Shown in pieces: positions 31,434 through 41,513 of a stretch of DNA of 64,000 nt. The DNA lies in the NCBI GenBank assembly GCA_963833225.1, contig CAWHXD010000005.1, positions 96,001 to 160,000 on the forward strand, read 5' to 3'. Under the pieces are notes generated by a model, which did not search any database, had not been told where the DNA came from, and saw only the letters and a program-made list of their open reading frames with translations. Numbering within the stretch: the first letter of the stretch is position 1; every line of letters begins with the position of its first letter. Origin of the DNA: an uncultured Chloroflexia bacterium (lineage in GTDB: Bacteria > Chloroflexota > Limnocylindria > Limnocylindrales > CSP1-4). Position numbers and translations under genes: made by a program.

Positions 31434-31439
31434 CCGCCC

Positions 31440-32751
31440 GTGCCGCCCGACGCCGCATTCAACGCGCTCGACCTGCCGACCGGGCTCATCGGCGGCCTTG
31501 CCGTCGCCGGTTTCGCCGTCGCGATCCTCGCCGCGCTCCTGGCACCGGTCCTGGCCCGGTTGCGCCGGCTGGAGGAATGGCGGGATCCTCTCCGGCTGAT
31601 CCCGTACGGACTCCTGTTCGCCGGGGCAGTCCTGGCCGGCACCGCAGCCGCGCTGGGCTCGGTCACGGCCCCCCGGCCGGGCGTGCGCGAGGTGGCCTCG
31701 GTGGCGCTCGCGATCCTGTGCCTGACGCCCCTGGTGGGGGCGGGCGCCGTCCGGCTTCGCTACGGGGCTCCCGGCGGACGCACGTTCCCGCAGCAGATCG
31801 CCGCCAACCGGGGCTCGTCGGTGCTGCTCCTGGCCGTCCTGTTCGAGCTGATGGCCATCACCGGGTTCCTGATCGGTGCGGCCGTAGGTGTCGGCTTCGG
31901 CGTCACGCTTGGGCTGGGGCTTGCCGTTGCCGGGGTGTCGGTGGCTGTGACGCTCGCTGCGGCCGCGTTCGCGTGGGCCTCTGGCGATGGCGTGATCCTC
32001 GATCTCGCCGAGGCGAAGGAGGCTGGCCCGGCCGAGCAGCAGCTCCGCAACGTCGTCTCCGAGCTGGCGCTTGCCGCCGGGGTCGCTGCACCAAGGATCT
32101 TCGTCATCGAGTCGAAGGCGCTCAACGCCCTGTCGGTGGGCAGGGACCCGGACCACGGGACCATCGCGATCACCCGCGGGCTGCTGACCGCTCTCGATCG
32201 GGAGGAGCTGCAGGGCGTGATCGCTCACGAGCTTGCCCATATCGCGAACCTTGACTCCCGGCACGCGGTCCTCGTCGCCCTGCTGGTCGGCGCCATCGTC
32301 CTGCTGACCGAGGTGTTCCTCGGGCTGATCATCGAGATCGCGAAGCACCCCTGGACCGGCGACGACCTCCAGGACACCCTCGCGGCGCTCGCCTTGTGGG
32401 TGGTGGTCGTGATCGCGGGGCTGATCGTTGGTGGATTGCTTCGGCTGATCGCGCCGGTTGCGGCGCTCGCCGTGCAGGCGGCGATCAGCCGCGACCGGGA
32501 GTACCTCGCGGATGCGACGGCTGTGGGCATCACTCGGAACACGGCCGGTCTCGATCGGCGCCCTGGAGAAGCTGGACCGGGCCCGGGGCGCCGTGCCGGG
32601 CGGCAGCAAGGGCACCCAGCACCTGTGGATCGTCAACCCGGTGCGCGAGGCGGCGGAGGGAGGGCGCGGCTGGTTCGACACGCACCCGGCGACCTCTGAC
32701 CGGATCGCGCGACTGCGCGTCCTGACCGGGCAGGACCTGGCCTCGCGGTGA
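31440..32751 (+). CDS. htpX: HtpX-like M48 zinc metallopeptidase with extra N-terminal TM helices; frameshift at about 32555
   Basis: ELQGVIAHELAH, SRDREYLAD; the FDTHP..DRI tail is in the shifted frame 32458..32751. Confidence 0.8.
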
Positions 32752-32838
32752 CAGCGCCGAGCCCGCTCGCCGGCGGAGGACAGTCCACGCCGCTGCGCCG
32801 CCCCTCCCAAGCGGCCGTCCAGGATCAACTCCGGCCGG

Positions 32839-34312
32839 TCAGCCCTCGCTGTCCGGCGTCTTGCGGCTCGGCCGCCGGCCGGCCATCCAGGCCGCCCGCT
32901 CGTCGTCGGAGAGGCTGCCCAGTCGTCCGGTGCGGCGTCGGGGTCCAGGGGCTCCTGCGGTGGCCGGATCGCCTCCGGGACATGGATCAGGTTGAGTCGC
33001 AGCCGGTACCACGCGTACGCGCGGCCACGCATCGCGGTCTCGATGAGTCCGCGGGTTCCAGGTGCGCGGCGGCCTCGGGTGGCGGGCCTTCCAGCGCTCG
33101 AGACCGGCGTAGACCTCGGCCTTGGTCGGGGCACGTCCGAGCTCGATGACCGGCACGGAGCTCCGCCGCCGTCCCGTGGGCGAGGGTCGTGAGCCCTGCC
33201 ATTCGGTCGGGAGGCCGGCATTGGGGTCGCCCGCGCCACGGCGGCTGCCCGTGCGTCGCGACTTCCGGCGGCGGCCCGCCGTCCTTGCCGCGGCCGGCGT
33301 ACTCCGCGTCGGGCCGGCGCTTGCGCGACGGCTGGACGCGAGGCGGCTCGCCCTCCTGTTTCGCGTAGTTGGGCGGCCACGGCGCGTCGCCCTCGCCCTC
33401 GGCCTCGTGGCGCGGCCGACAGCTCCAGCAGCGCGTCCAGCGAGCCCACGGCGTCGTCGATCCCGGCCCCGGCGTCGCCGCGCTCCGCGTAGAGCGCGGG
33501 CACCGTGGCCAGCGTGAAGTCCTCCATGTCGCACGTCGGCACCTCGTCCCAGCGGAGCGGGAAGGACACCCGCGCGTCGGGCGTGGGCCGCACGGAGTAG
33601 GCGGAGGCCACGGTGCGGTCCTTGGCGTTCTGGTTGTAGTCGAGGAACACGCCGTGGCGCTCCTCCTTCCACCATTTCGAGGTCGCGATCGCCGGCGCCC
33701 GGCGCTCCACGTCCCGCGCCAGCGCCAGCGCCGCGCGCCGGACCTGCTGGAACGTCCAGCGCGGCTCGATCCGCACGTTGATGTGGATCCCGCGCGAGCC
33801 CGAGGTCTTGGGCCAGCCGATGAGGCCGAGCGCGTCGAGCGACTCGCGGACCACGAGCGCCACCTCGCGGACCTGCGCCCGGCACGCCCGGCACCGGGTC
33901 GAGGTCGACGCGCAGCTCGTCGGGGTGGTCCAGGTCCTCCGCCGCACCGGGTGAGGGTTGAGGTCGAGGCAGCCGAGGTTGGCGACCCACGCGAGCCCTG
34001 CGCGTCGTCACGACGAACTCGTCAGCCGTCCGCCCGGAGGGGAAGGTCAGGGTCGCGAACTCGCATCCAGTCGGGCCGTTGTCAGGGGCGCGTTTCTGGA
34101 AGAACGGCTCGCCTTCTCGGCGCCGTCGACGAAGCGCTTGAGCGCCATCGGACGGCCGCGGACGCCGACGCAGCGCCCCATCCGCGACGGCCAGGTAGTA
34201 CCGGACGAGGTCCAGCTTGGTGTGCCCGCGCGCGCGGGAAGTAGACCTTGTCGGGGTTGCTGACCGCGACCTCGCGGCCGCCGATCTCCAGGATCTCCTT
34301 CCGGGTTGCCAT
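32839..34312 (-). CDS. LigD-type primase-polymerase (Prim-PolC-like) with a C-terminal extension; multiple frameshifts
   Basis: MATRKEILEIGGREVAVSNPDKVYFP; DHPDELRVDLDP; PKTSGSRGIH; KWWKEERHGVFLDYNQNAKDRTVASAYSVRP. Confidence 0.85.
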
Positions 34313-34565
34313 GCGGATGATCGTAGGGGTCGATGGCAAGCGAGGGGCCTGTCGATCCCGGGGGTCGGCGTTCGTCGCGACGATGACGGCCCGGACGGCC
34401 CGGGCCACGATGCTGGGCGAGTACAAGGCGTTCAGCGGCTGGCTCCGGGAGCGCGGCCCCTCGGGGTCACCCTTGATGGAGCCATTCAGCCCTAGGTCGG
34501 CTCCCGATCCCGGCCGATCCTGCACGCCGTGGGCCCACCACGGGCTGACGAAGAGGGGGATCCTG

Positions 34566-36002
34566 ATGACGAGAGCGAGAGCGGCCGTCCTGCTGCTGGC
34601 GGCCCTGCTGGCGGCGGCCTGCACCGGAGGCCAGGCTCCGACGCCCACCCCGGTGGAGCCATCGCCGCCGGCCGCCCGCACGGAGCCACCGGCCACGCCG
34701 ACGCCCAGCCCGGCAGACCCCACCGTCGCTCCATCGTTCCCCGCGCCTGACGAAGCCACGGTCCGCGCCGCGGCGGCCGCGCTCGATGGGCTGGTCTCGT
34801 ACCGCTACGTCATCACCCAGTCGCAGGGTGGTATCGCCGCCGCTGGTGAGGGCGTGGTGATCAACGGAGCGGAGCCTCGGACTCGCCTCGAGCTGACCGC
34901 GGGCGGCATGGCCACCGGCGAGATCCAGATTGGATCACGACGCTGGTGGAGCATCGCCGGCTCGTCGTACCAGCGCCAGGACGTCGGCTCCATGAGCGGG
35001 AACGACCCGTGGACCAATCCCGTGATCGACCAGCTTGGCGGCCCGCTTGCGGAGGTCGATGCGTTTGTGGACGCAGGCGTTGAGGTTCGTGACGGCGTCA
35101 CCGCCCGGCACGTCCACGGGACCGCCGATGCCACGGCTCCGGAGCAGGACCCGATGTGGCCTGACGACCCGATGTTCCCGAGCGGCCCCTCCTTCATCGG
35201 CACGGTGGATGCATGGATCTCGGTGGACGACGACCGGCTGGTGGCAGCGCTGGTCCAGGGAAGCCAGTCGGTCCCCAGCTTCTCCGAGACGGCGCCTGCG
35301 CCCACCCCGATGCCGATGCGCATCGAGCTGCGAATCGACAACCGGGACGACCCGGCGAACGTGGTGGAGGAGCCGCCCACCGTGGAGCCGACCCCGGCGC
35401 CGGCCGGTGACCCCGCGGCTGCCGCGTTGATCGCCGCGATCGGCGATGGCCTGGTCGGTTTCGACTCCTATGTCTTCGAATTGAGCAGCGACCTTGGCGG
35501 GTACGTGACCACGACCACGATCACCGTCAACAATCGGCCGAAACAGGCTGCCCGCTGGGTTGCCGATGCCTCATTTGGCTTCGGGCTGTCGATCCTCGTG
35601 ATCGGCAGGCAATCGTGGACCCGCTCGGGGAGCGACCCCTGGGAGAAGGCACGCAAGGGGAACGGCCCGACCTGCGGGACGGCGGGTGAGTCGTCGTCGG
35701 AGTACGAGCCTTGCACATTCGAGCGGATGATCGACCTGGGCGCCGGCCTCGACGCCATCGCCGGCACCTTCCTTGTTGTCGCAACCGACGAGACTGTCGA
35801 GGGAATCCCGTGCACGCATGTGCGCAGCGTGGCCGGCATCCAGCAAGGGGACTTTGGCATCCCCGGCACCACGGACCTCTGGATCGCAAACGCCGGTGGG
35901 TACCTGGTCCAGGACACGTTCAACGGTCAGGGGTTTGTCATGACCATGCGGATCGGCCGCATCAACGACCCAGCGAACCGCCTGGAGCCGCCGACGAACT
36001 GA
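34566..36002 (+). CDS. Lipoprotein with two tandem LppX/LprAFG(LolA)-like domains
   Basis: Lipobox LAAAC; two repeats, each SY.f...IG...W....G.E...G....H...W(I)...G(Y)LV...I...DP.N; GAGGGGG RBS. Confidence 0.75.
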   Translation: MTRARAAVLLLAALLAAACTGGQAPTPTPVEPSPPAARTEPPATPTPSPADPTVAPSFPAPDEATVRAAAAALDGLVSYRYVITQSQGGIAAAGEGVVINGAEPRTRLELTAGGMATGEIQIGSRRWWSIAGSSYQRQDVGSMSGNDPWTNPVIDQLGGPLAEVDAFVDAGVEVRDGVTARHVHGTADATAPEQDPMWPDDPMFPSGPSFIGTVDAWISVDDDRLVAALVQGSQSVPSFSETAPAPTPMPMRIELRIDNRDDPANVVEEPPTVEPTPAPAGDPAAAALIAAIGDGLVGFDSYVFELSSDLGGYVTTTTITVNNRPKQAARWVADASFGFGLSILVIGRQSWTRSGSDPWEKARKGNGPTCGTAGESSSEYEPCTFERMIDLGAGLDAIAGTFLVVATDETVEGIPCTHVRSVAGIQQGDFGIPGTTDLWIANAGGYLVQDTFNGQGFVMTMRIGRINDPANRLEPPTN

Positions 36003-36064
36003 CCGGGTACCGTAGGCTGGTGGTTCACACCCGGCCCGCGCCGGGATCTCGACGCTGAGGATCG

Positions 36065-37441
36065 ATGACCGCCAGGACCCGGACCACGATCACGATCGCC
36101 CTTGTCGCACTGGCCGCGATGCTCGGCGCCTGTGACGCGGGACCGGTCGTCTCGCCGGGCCCGAGCGTCGGGACGCAGGGTCAGGTCGTCCCCGCTCCCA
36201 CGCCCGAGGATATCGCCGCCGCGACGGCCGCTCTCGACGGGCTCGATTCGTACCGATTCACCGCGACGGTGACCGAGGGCGCCGGGGGCACGGCGCGGTC
36301 GCAGGGTACCGTCGTCAACGGAGACGTCCGGCGGACGCGGATCGAGTACACGGCGGACGGGGCGTTCGCAGGCGGGACGATCACCATCGGGGGCCGGACC
36401 TGGATCAGCGTGGCCGGCGCCGCCTATCGGGAGCAGGAGGGCGCGGCCCTCGGCGCAAACGACTGGGTCAACCCGGTCGCCGGGCAGCTCGACCCGTACT
36501 CCCTGGGCCTGACGGTGGTCGAGGACCTGGGCGTCGAGGATCACGGAGGGGTGCAGGCGCGGCACCTGCGCGCAACCGCCAGGGCGGGCGACGTCGTCGA
36601 CGATGATGGACTCCCGATCGGCATCGGGTTCACGGGGGTGGTGGACGCGTGGATCGCCGTGGACGGCGGGTACCTCGTCGCGACCCGGGCCGAGGGGACG
36701 GAGGCGCTTCCGTCCGGCGACGCAGCCGAGCCGCCGGCCAGCCCGACCCCGTACGCGTTCGAGGTTGCCGTGGATGGGGTGGGCGACGCGGCGAATGTGA
36801 TTGAAGAGCCGGTTGCGACGACGACGACACCCGAGCCCACGGGCGATCCGGCGGCGCTGCGGCTGATCCGGGGCATCGCCGAGGGCCAGTCGTCGCTCGA
36901 CTCGTACGTGTACACGATCACCTCGAGCACCGCCGGGTTCGACCTGACCTCGCGGCTCACGGTCGTCAACCGCCCGTCGCCGGCGGCCCGGCTGGAGACC
37001 GACGCGGTCGCGGGCTTCGAGGGGATGACGATCCTTGTCATCGGGGACCGCAGCTGGTCACGAACGGGCGCGGGCAGCTGGCAGCCGGGGCAGGCCGGAA
37101 GCGAGCCCGTCTGCGGCTCCGGCGCCGATCCGATGTCCGAGACGGCGAGGTGCACGCTCGCGCGCCTGACGGGCACCGGAGCCACGATCCGCGAGATGCG
37201 GAACACCTTCCTCGTCGTGGCCACGGACGTGGAGGTGCGGGGCATCACCGTGACGCACCTGCGAAGCGAGTCCGGCGTTCGCCAGGGCGTCGACGTGCTC
37301 CCCGGCACGCGTGACATCTGGATCGCCAACGACGGCGGGTACCTGGTCAAGGACGTGTTCACGGGACTTGGCATCTCGTCGTCGTCGGTGATCGGCCGAA
37401 TCGACGATCCCGGGAACGTCCTCGAGGTACCGGCGCCGTAG
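36065..37441 (+). CDS. Paralogous lipoprotein with two tandem LppX/LprAFG-like domains
   Basis: Lipobox LGAC; colinear with the upstream gene (AALDGLDSYRF, VDAWIAVDGGYLV, DIWIANDGGYLVKD). Confidence 0.75.
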   Translation: MTARTRTTITIALVALAAMLGACDAGPVVSPGPSVGTQGQVVPAPTPEDIAAATAALDGLDSYRFTATVTEGAGGTARSQGTVVNGDVRRTRIEYTADGAFAGGTITIGGRTWISVAGAAYREQEGAALGANDWVNPVAGQLDPYSLGLTVVEDLGVEDHGGVQARHLRATARAGDVVDDDGLPIGIGFTGVVDAWIAVDGGYLVATRAEGTEALPSGDAAEPPASPTPYAFEVAVDGVGDAANVIEEPVATTTTPEPTGDPAALRLIRGIAEGQSSLDSYVYTITSSTAGFDLTSRLTVVNRPSPAARLETDAVAGFEGMTILVIGDRSWSRTGAGSWQPGQAGSEPVCGSGADPMSETARCTLARLTGTGATIREMRNTFLVVATDVEVRGITVTHLRSESGVRQGVDVLPGTRDIWIANDGGYLVKDVFTGLGISSSSVIGRIDDPGNVLEVPAP

Positions 37442-37491
37442 GCCGTCATCGCCCGCAGGTCCGAGCCAGCCTGTGGCCGTACCATCTGAAG

Positions 37492-38340
37492 ATGCCTGCG
37501 CTGCGGATCGCCCTCGTCCAGCTCGAGGCGCGCGACGACGTCACCGCCAACATCGCCCACGCGGCCGACCTCGCCCGCGAGGCCGCCGCGGGTTCGGATC
37601 TCGTGGTGCTCCCGGAGTACGTCCAGTTCCGCGGTTCCGCCGACGGGTACCGCGCCTCGGCTCGCCCGATCCCGGGCCCGACCACCGAGCCGTTCGCGGC
37701 GATCGCGCGCGAGGCTGGCTGCTGGGTGCTCGCGGGGTCGCACGCCGAGGTGTCGGGTGACCCGCTTCGGCCGTACAACACCGCTGTCCTGTTCGACCGA
37801 TCGGGCGCCGTGGCGGCAACCTACCGCAAGCTCCACCTGTTCGATGCGTCGGTGGACGACGGGCCATCGGATACGGAGTCCTCGCGGGTGACGCCCGGCG
37901 ACCGGGCGGTGGTCGCGTCGATCGACGGCGTGGGGCTCGGCCTGTCGATCTGCTACGACCTGCGGTTCCCGGAGCTGTACCGGGCGCTGTCCCACGCGGG
38001 CGCCTCGATCCTGGCGGTGCCGTCGGTGTTCACGGCACGGACCGGTCGCGATCACTGGGAGCCGCTCCTGCGCGCCCGGTCGATCGAGAACGGGGCATGG
38101 GTGGTGGCGGCCGGCGGGTGTGGTGCGGGCGGGCCAGGGGCGATCGCCGCCTGGGGGCACTCGATGATCGTCGATCCCTGGGGCCGGGTGGTCGCCCAGG
38201 CGGGCGATGCCGAGATGATCCTCCGCGCCGAGCTGGACCTCGGCCAGGTTGCCGCGGCCCGGCGCCAGATCCCCGTGCTTGCCAACGTGCGGCCGGACGC
38301 GCTGCCGCCGGCCCGCGACGTCGAGCGGCGCGACGGCTGA
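37492..38340 (+). CDS. Carbon-nitrogen hydrolase (Nit1-like)
   Basis: VLPE, YRKLHLFD, ICYDLRFPE, HWEPLLRARSIEN, GHSMIVDPWG. Confidence 0.93.
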   Translation: MPALRIALVQLEARDDVTANIAHAADLAREAAAGSDLVVLPEYVQFRGSADGYRASARPIPGPTTEPFAAIAREAGCWVLAGSHAEVSGDPLRPYNTAVLFDRSGAVAATYRKLHLFDASVDDGPSDTESSRVTPGDRAVVASIDGVGLGLSICYDLRFPELYRALSHAGASILAVPSVFTARTGRDHWEPLLRARSIENGAWVVAAGGCGAGGPGAIAAWGHSMIVDPWGRVVAQAGDAEMILRAELDLGQVAAARRQIPVLANVRPDALPPARDVERRDG

Positions 38341-38372
38341 GGCCGCGGCGCCACCGGGCTGACGCAGCTGAT

Positions 38373-39056
38373 CTAGCCCAGGCGGTCCAGGAGCTTCGCG
38401 ACGCCCGGCCGGGCGGCCAGGCCCAGGAGCCGCCGCAGGACCGCCGGGCGCATCGATGCCACCCGGCTCGCTGCCGCCGCGAGCTCGTCGGGCGGAACCT
38501 CCGCGATCGAAGCGAGGAGACGGGCCACGGCCCCTTCATCGAGGCGTGCGAGGACGCCCGCCAGCCGCCCGATGGCCACCGGGTCGGCGCCCACGACGCC
38601 GCCGGCCGCGCGGTCGAAGTCGGCGGCGAACGCGGCCAGGCCGTCCAGGCGCGCCAGGAGGATGGGATCGCCCATCTCGCGCGCGCGGTCCCGTGACGCC
38701 GCCACCAACGGCAGGATCGGCCCGGTCTCGCGCTCCAGGCGCGAGACCGCGACGCGCCGGAACCATGCCCAGTGGTCGCCCACCACGACCCACGCGCGAC
38801 CCGCCGGCCCGCGCGCCCCGGACCGCTGCGGCGCCGACGCCTCGACCAGGCCCCAGCGCTCGCACTCGGCCAGCGCGCCGAACGCGGCTCGGTGCGAGAG
38901 CCCCAGCGCATCGCGCAGCTCGGCCTCGGTCAGGGGCCCGCCGTGCGTCAGGAAGTAGCCCTGGACCAGGGCGGTGGAGCGGGGGATTCCCCACGCCTCA
39001 CCGGTCCTCGCCCAGCCGACGGCGAACTCGCGCCGGATCGTCTCTGCGTCGTCCAT
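38373..39056 (-). CDS. GbsR/MarR-family transcriptional regulator
   Basis: FAVGWARTGEAWGIPRS..VQGYFL...LTEAELRDALGLS...ECERWGLV. Confidence 0.8.
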   Translation of the reverse strand: MDDAETIRREFAVGWARTGEAWGIPRSTALVQGYFLTHGGPLTEAELRDALGLSHRAAFGALAECERWGLVEASAPQRSGARGPAGRAWVVVGDHWAWFRRVAVSRLERETGPILPLVAASRDRAREMGDPILLARLDGLAAFAADFDRAAGGVVGADPVAIGRLAGVLARLDEGAVARLLASIAEVPPDELAAAASRVASMRPAVLRRLLGLAARPGVAKLLDRLG

Positions 39057-39068
39057 AAAACATGTCCC

Positions 39069-39119
39069 TTGACAGGAACAAGTATTGGTGGCATAACTTG
39101 TTCCAGATGAGGAACAAGT
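39069..39119 (+). promoter_or_regulatory. Promoter overlapped by three operator half-sites
   Basis: TTGACA 39069-74, 17 bp spacer, TG-n-CATAAC; GGAACAAGT 39075-83, ACTTGTTCC 39096-104, GGAACAAGT 39111-19. Confidence 0.85.
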
Positions 39120-39171
39120 ATCGCGGTGGCGGCCGGTGCCGTCAACCGACGACATCGATGGAGGCAACGTC

Positions 39172-40098
39172 ATGGCCAGGCACGCGGTCACCGGCGCGCT
39201 CGGGTTCTCCGGGCGCCACGTCACGGCCCGGCTCGTCGACCGTGGCGACGCCGTGCTCAACCTCACCAACCACCCCGACCGGCCGAACCCCCTGGGGGTT
39301 GCGATCCCCGCCGCCCCGCTCGCCTTCGATCGTCCTGACGATCTCCGCCGCGCGCTCGAGGGGGTCGACACCCTCGTGAACACCTACTGGGTCCGCTTCC
39401 CGCGGCTTGGGGTCACGCATGCCGACGCCGTCCGCAACTCCCGCACCCTGTTCGCGGCGGCAAGCGATGCAGGCGTGCGGCGCATCGTCCACGTGAGCAT
39501 CGCCAACCCCGATCCGGCGTCGCGCCTGTCCTACTACCGCGGCAAGGCGGAGGTGGAGGCGGCGCTCGCCACGAGCGGCCTGTCCTACGCGATCCTCCGG
39601 CCGACCGTGCTGTTCGGCGACGAGCCCATCCTGGCCAACTCGATCGCCTGGCTGCTCCGCCGGTCGCCGGTGTTCGGCATCCCGGGCGACGGCCGCTACG
39701 GGATCCAGCCGGTCGCGGTGGAGGACCTGGCCGGCCTGGTCGTGGAGGCGCTGGGCCGCGACGACGATCTCACCTGGGACGCCGCCGGCCCGGAGATCCT
39801 CTCATTCACGGAGCTCGTGGAGGCGATCCGCGCGGCCACCGGTTCTCGGGCCCGCCTGGTGCACCTGCCGGGGCCGATCGCGCTCGCGGCTGCCGGCGCG
39901 CTCGGGTGCGTCGTCGGGGACACCCTGCTGACACGCGAGGAGCTCGAAGGACTGAGCGCCGGACTTCTCGTGAGCCGGGAGCTGCCACGGGGGACGGCGC
40001 GGTTCTCGGCCTGGCTCGCGGCGAACGGATCGTGGCTCGGCCGCCGCTACCTCAGCGAGGTCGGGCGGCACTTCCTCCCGTCCGCGGCGGCCGGATGA
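39172..40098 (+). CDS. NAD(P)-binding atypical SDR (NDUFA9-like epimerase fold)
   Basis: VTGALGFSG, YYRGKAEVE, ILRPTVLFG, QPVAVEDLA. Confidence 0.88.
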   Translation: MARHAVTGALGFSGRHVTARLVDRGDAVLNLTNHPDRPNPLGVAIPAAPLAFDRPDDLRRALEGVDTLVNTYWVRFPRLGVTHADAVRNSRTLFAAASDAGVRRIVHVSIANPDPASRLSYYRGKAEVEAALATSGLSYAILRPTVLFGDEPILANSIAWLLRRSPVFGIPGDGRYGIQPVAVEDLAGLVVEALGRDDDLTWDAAGPEILSFTELVEAIRAATGSRARLVHLPGPIALAAAGALGCVVGDTLLTREELEGLSAGLLVSRELPRGTARFSAWLAANGSWLGRRYLSEVGRHFLPSAAAG

Positions 40099-41401
40099 CC
40101 TCCGCCGCGAACACCAGGATGGCGGTGAGCACCCGATCGCGGACAGGCGAGTCCTCGCCCACCAGGTCGTGGCCGGCCTCGACCTCGAGCAAGGCTGGCG
40201 GCGACGGCAGCCGCTCGATCAGGGCGCGGGTCCGCGCCGGCCGGCTGACGGTGTCGTCGAGGCCCTGGACCACGAGCACCGGGACCGCGACGGTTCGTGC
40301 GGCCGCGGTGGCCTTCCCGGACACGCGGAACAGCTGCTCGAGGACCGTCAGCGGCACCTGTAGCTCGCGCATGCTGGCCGTGACCGCCGGGTCGTCGAGC
40401 TCAGCGCCCGGCATGAACGCTTCCAGGCCGGCCCGGGCCTCGGGTCTTGAGATGTCCAGGCGGCCGAACACGCGGAACCCCGGTGGCAGGAACACCCGCA
40501 GGATCGGCCCCACGACGCGCTGCCAAGCGGGCACCGGCCAGCAGAACGGGGCAAGCAGGACGAGGGCATCGGGGACGACGCGTGCTGTCGTTGCGAGCGC
40601 GAGCGCCCCACCGACCGCGTGTCCGACGACCAGCAGCTGGGTCACGCCGGACGCTCGCAGAGCCGCCGCGCCCTCCTCGACGGCCCTGGCCCAATCCTCG
40701 ACCCGGTAGTCGGCGACCTGGTCAAACGCTGCGCCGTGTCCCGGGAGGCAAGGCACCTCCACGAGCCAGCCGTGTGACGCGAGCACGGCTGCCAGGCCCC
40801 GCAACTCCCTGGGCGATCCCGCGAAGCCGTGGACAAGGAGCGCGCCGCGTACCGCCGCGGGCGCGTCCGGCTTCAGGCTGGACTCGCCGCGGCCGTCCGG
40901 GCCGCCATCGAGCCGGCTCAGCCGGAACCCGTCGTGCCCCGGGCCGGCGAACAGGTCGAGTCCCGGCGGCAGCAGCGGGCCGGATGCCGGGACCCACCTG
41001 GCGTGCGCCAGGTCGAACAGCCACATGACACCGCCCCGGGCCACGAACCCCCAGCCGGCGCCGGCCGGCCAGGCGTCGCCGCCGGCACCGGCGACGAGCC
41101 ACGCTCCAAGGGCGATGCACAGGACATCGACCCCCGCGCCGGCCAGGAGGATGAGCCGGACGCGCCGGGTGTCACGCTCGCGCGCGCCCGGGTCGCCAAT
41201 CGTGCGTCGGCGCCTGCGCTCCGCGACCAGACGAGCCGCCGTGCCGAGCATCGCGTCGACGGCACCCCAGGCCACGAACACCGCCCCGACGCCGCCCCAG
41301 GGTGAGTCGCCAGCCCACATCGCGGCGGCACCCGCGATGACGCTCGCGAGCCCCCACGCGAGCAGGCGCCTGCCGAGGACGTCCACGAACTCGTAGATCA
41401 C
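40052..41401 (-). CDS. 4-TM membrane domain fused to a carboxylesterase-like alpha/beta hydrolase
   Basis: N-terminal TMs; LVHGFAG, LPGHG, GHAVGG (Ser to Ala), GLDDTV, AGHDL. Confidence 0.82.
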   Translation of the reverse strand: MIYEFVDVLGRRLLAWGLASVIAGAAAMWAGDSPWGGVGAVFVAWGAVDAMLGTAARLVAERRRRRTIGDPGARERDTRRVRLILLAGAGVDVLCIALGAWLVAGAGGDAWPAGAGWGFVARGGVMWLFDLAHARWVPASGPLLPPGLDLFAGPGHDGFRLSRLDGGPDGRGESSLKPDAPAAVRGALLVHGFAGSPRELRGLAAVLASHGWLVEVPCLPGHGAAFDQVADYRVEDWARAVEEGAAALRASGVTQLLVVGHAVGGALALATTARVVPDALVLLAPFCWPVPAWQRVVGPILRVFLPPGFRVFGRLDISRPEARAGLEAFMPGAELDDPAVTASMRELQVPLTVLEQLFRVSGKATAAARTVAVPVLVVQGLDDTVSRPARTRALIERLPSPPALLEVEAGHDLVGEDSPVRDRVLTAILVFAAEVIRPPRTGGSAARPR

Positions 41402-41513
41402 GCGGGGCGGCTCCTGGTGCGGTGGCCCCGGTGCCAGCCAGGGATGGCGGCCGGGGAGCCAGCCGGGGTGGCGCCCCGGGGTTCGCGCCGGAGCCTACAT
41501 CCGGAAGGGACGA

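Noticed and set aside
30651-33947. 1098-aa minus-strand ORF
   Set aside because: A chimera of Prim-Pol fragments read through frameshifts into the antisense of htpX and ligC.
34313-34565. Upstream extension of ORF 34248 (…MLGEYKAFSGWLRERG…)
   Set aside because: The signal peptide, lipobox and RBS place the start at 34566. The upstream stretch is at most an unassignable remnant.
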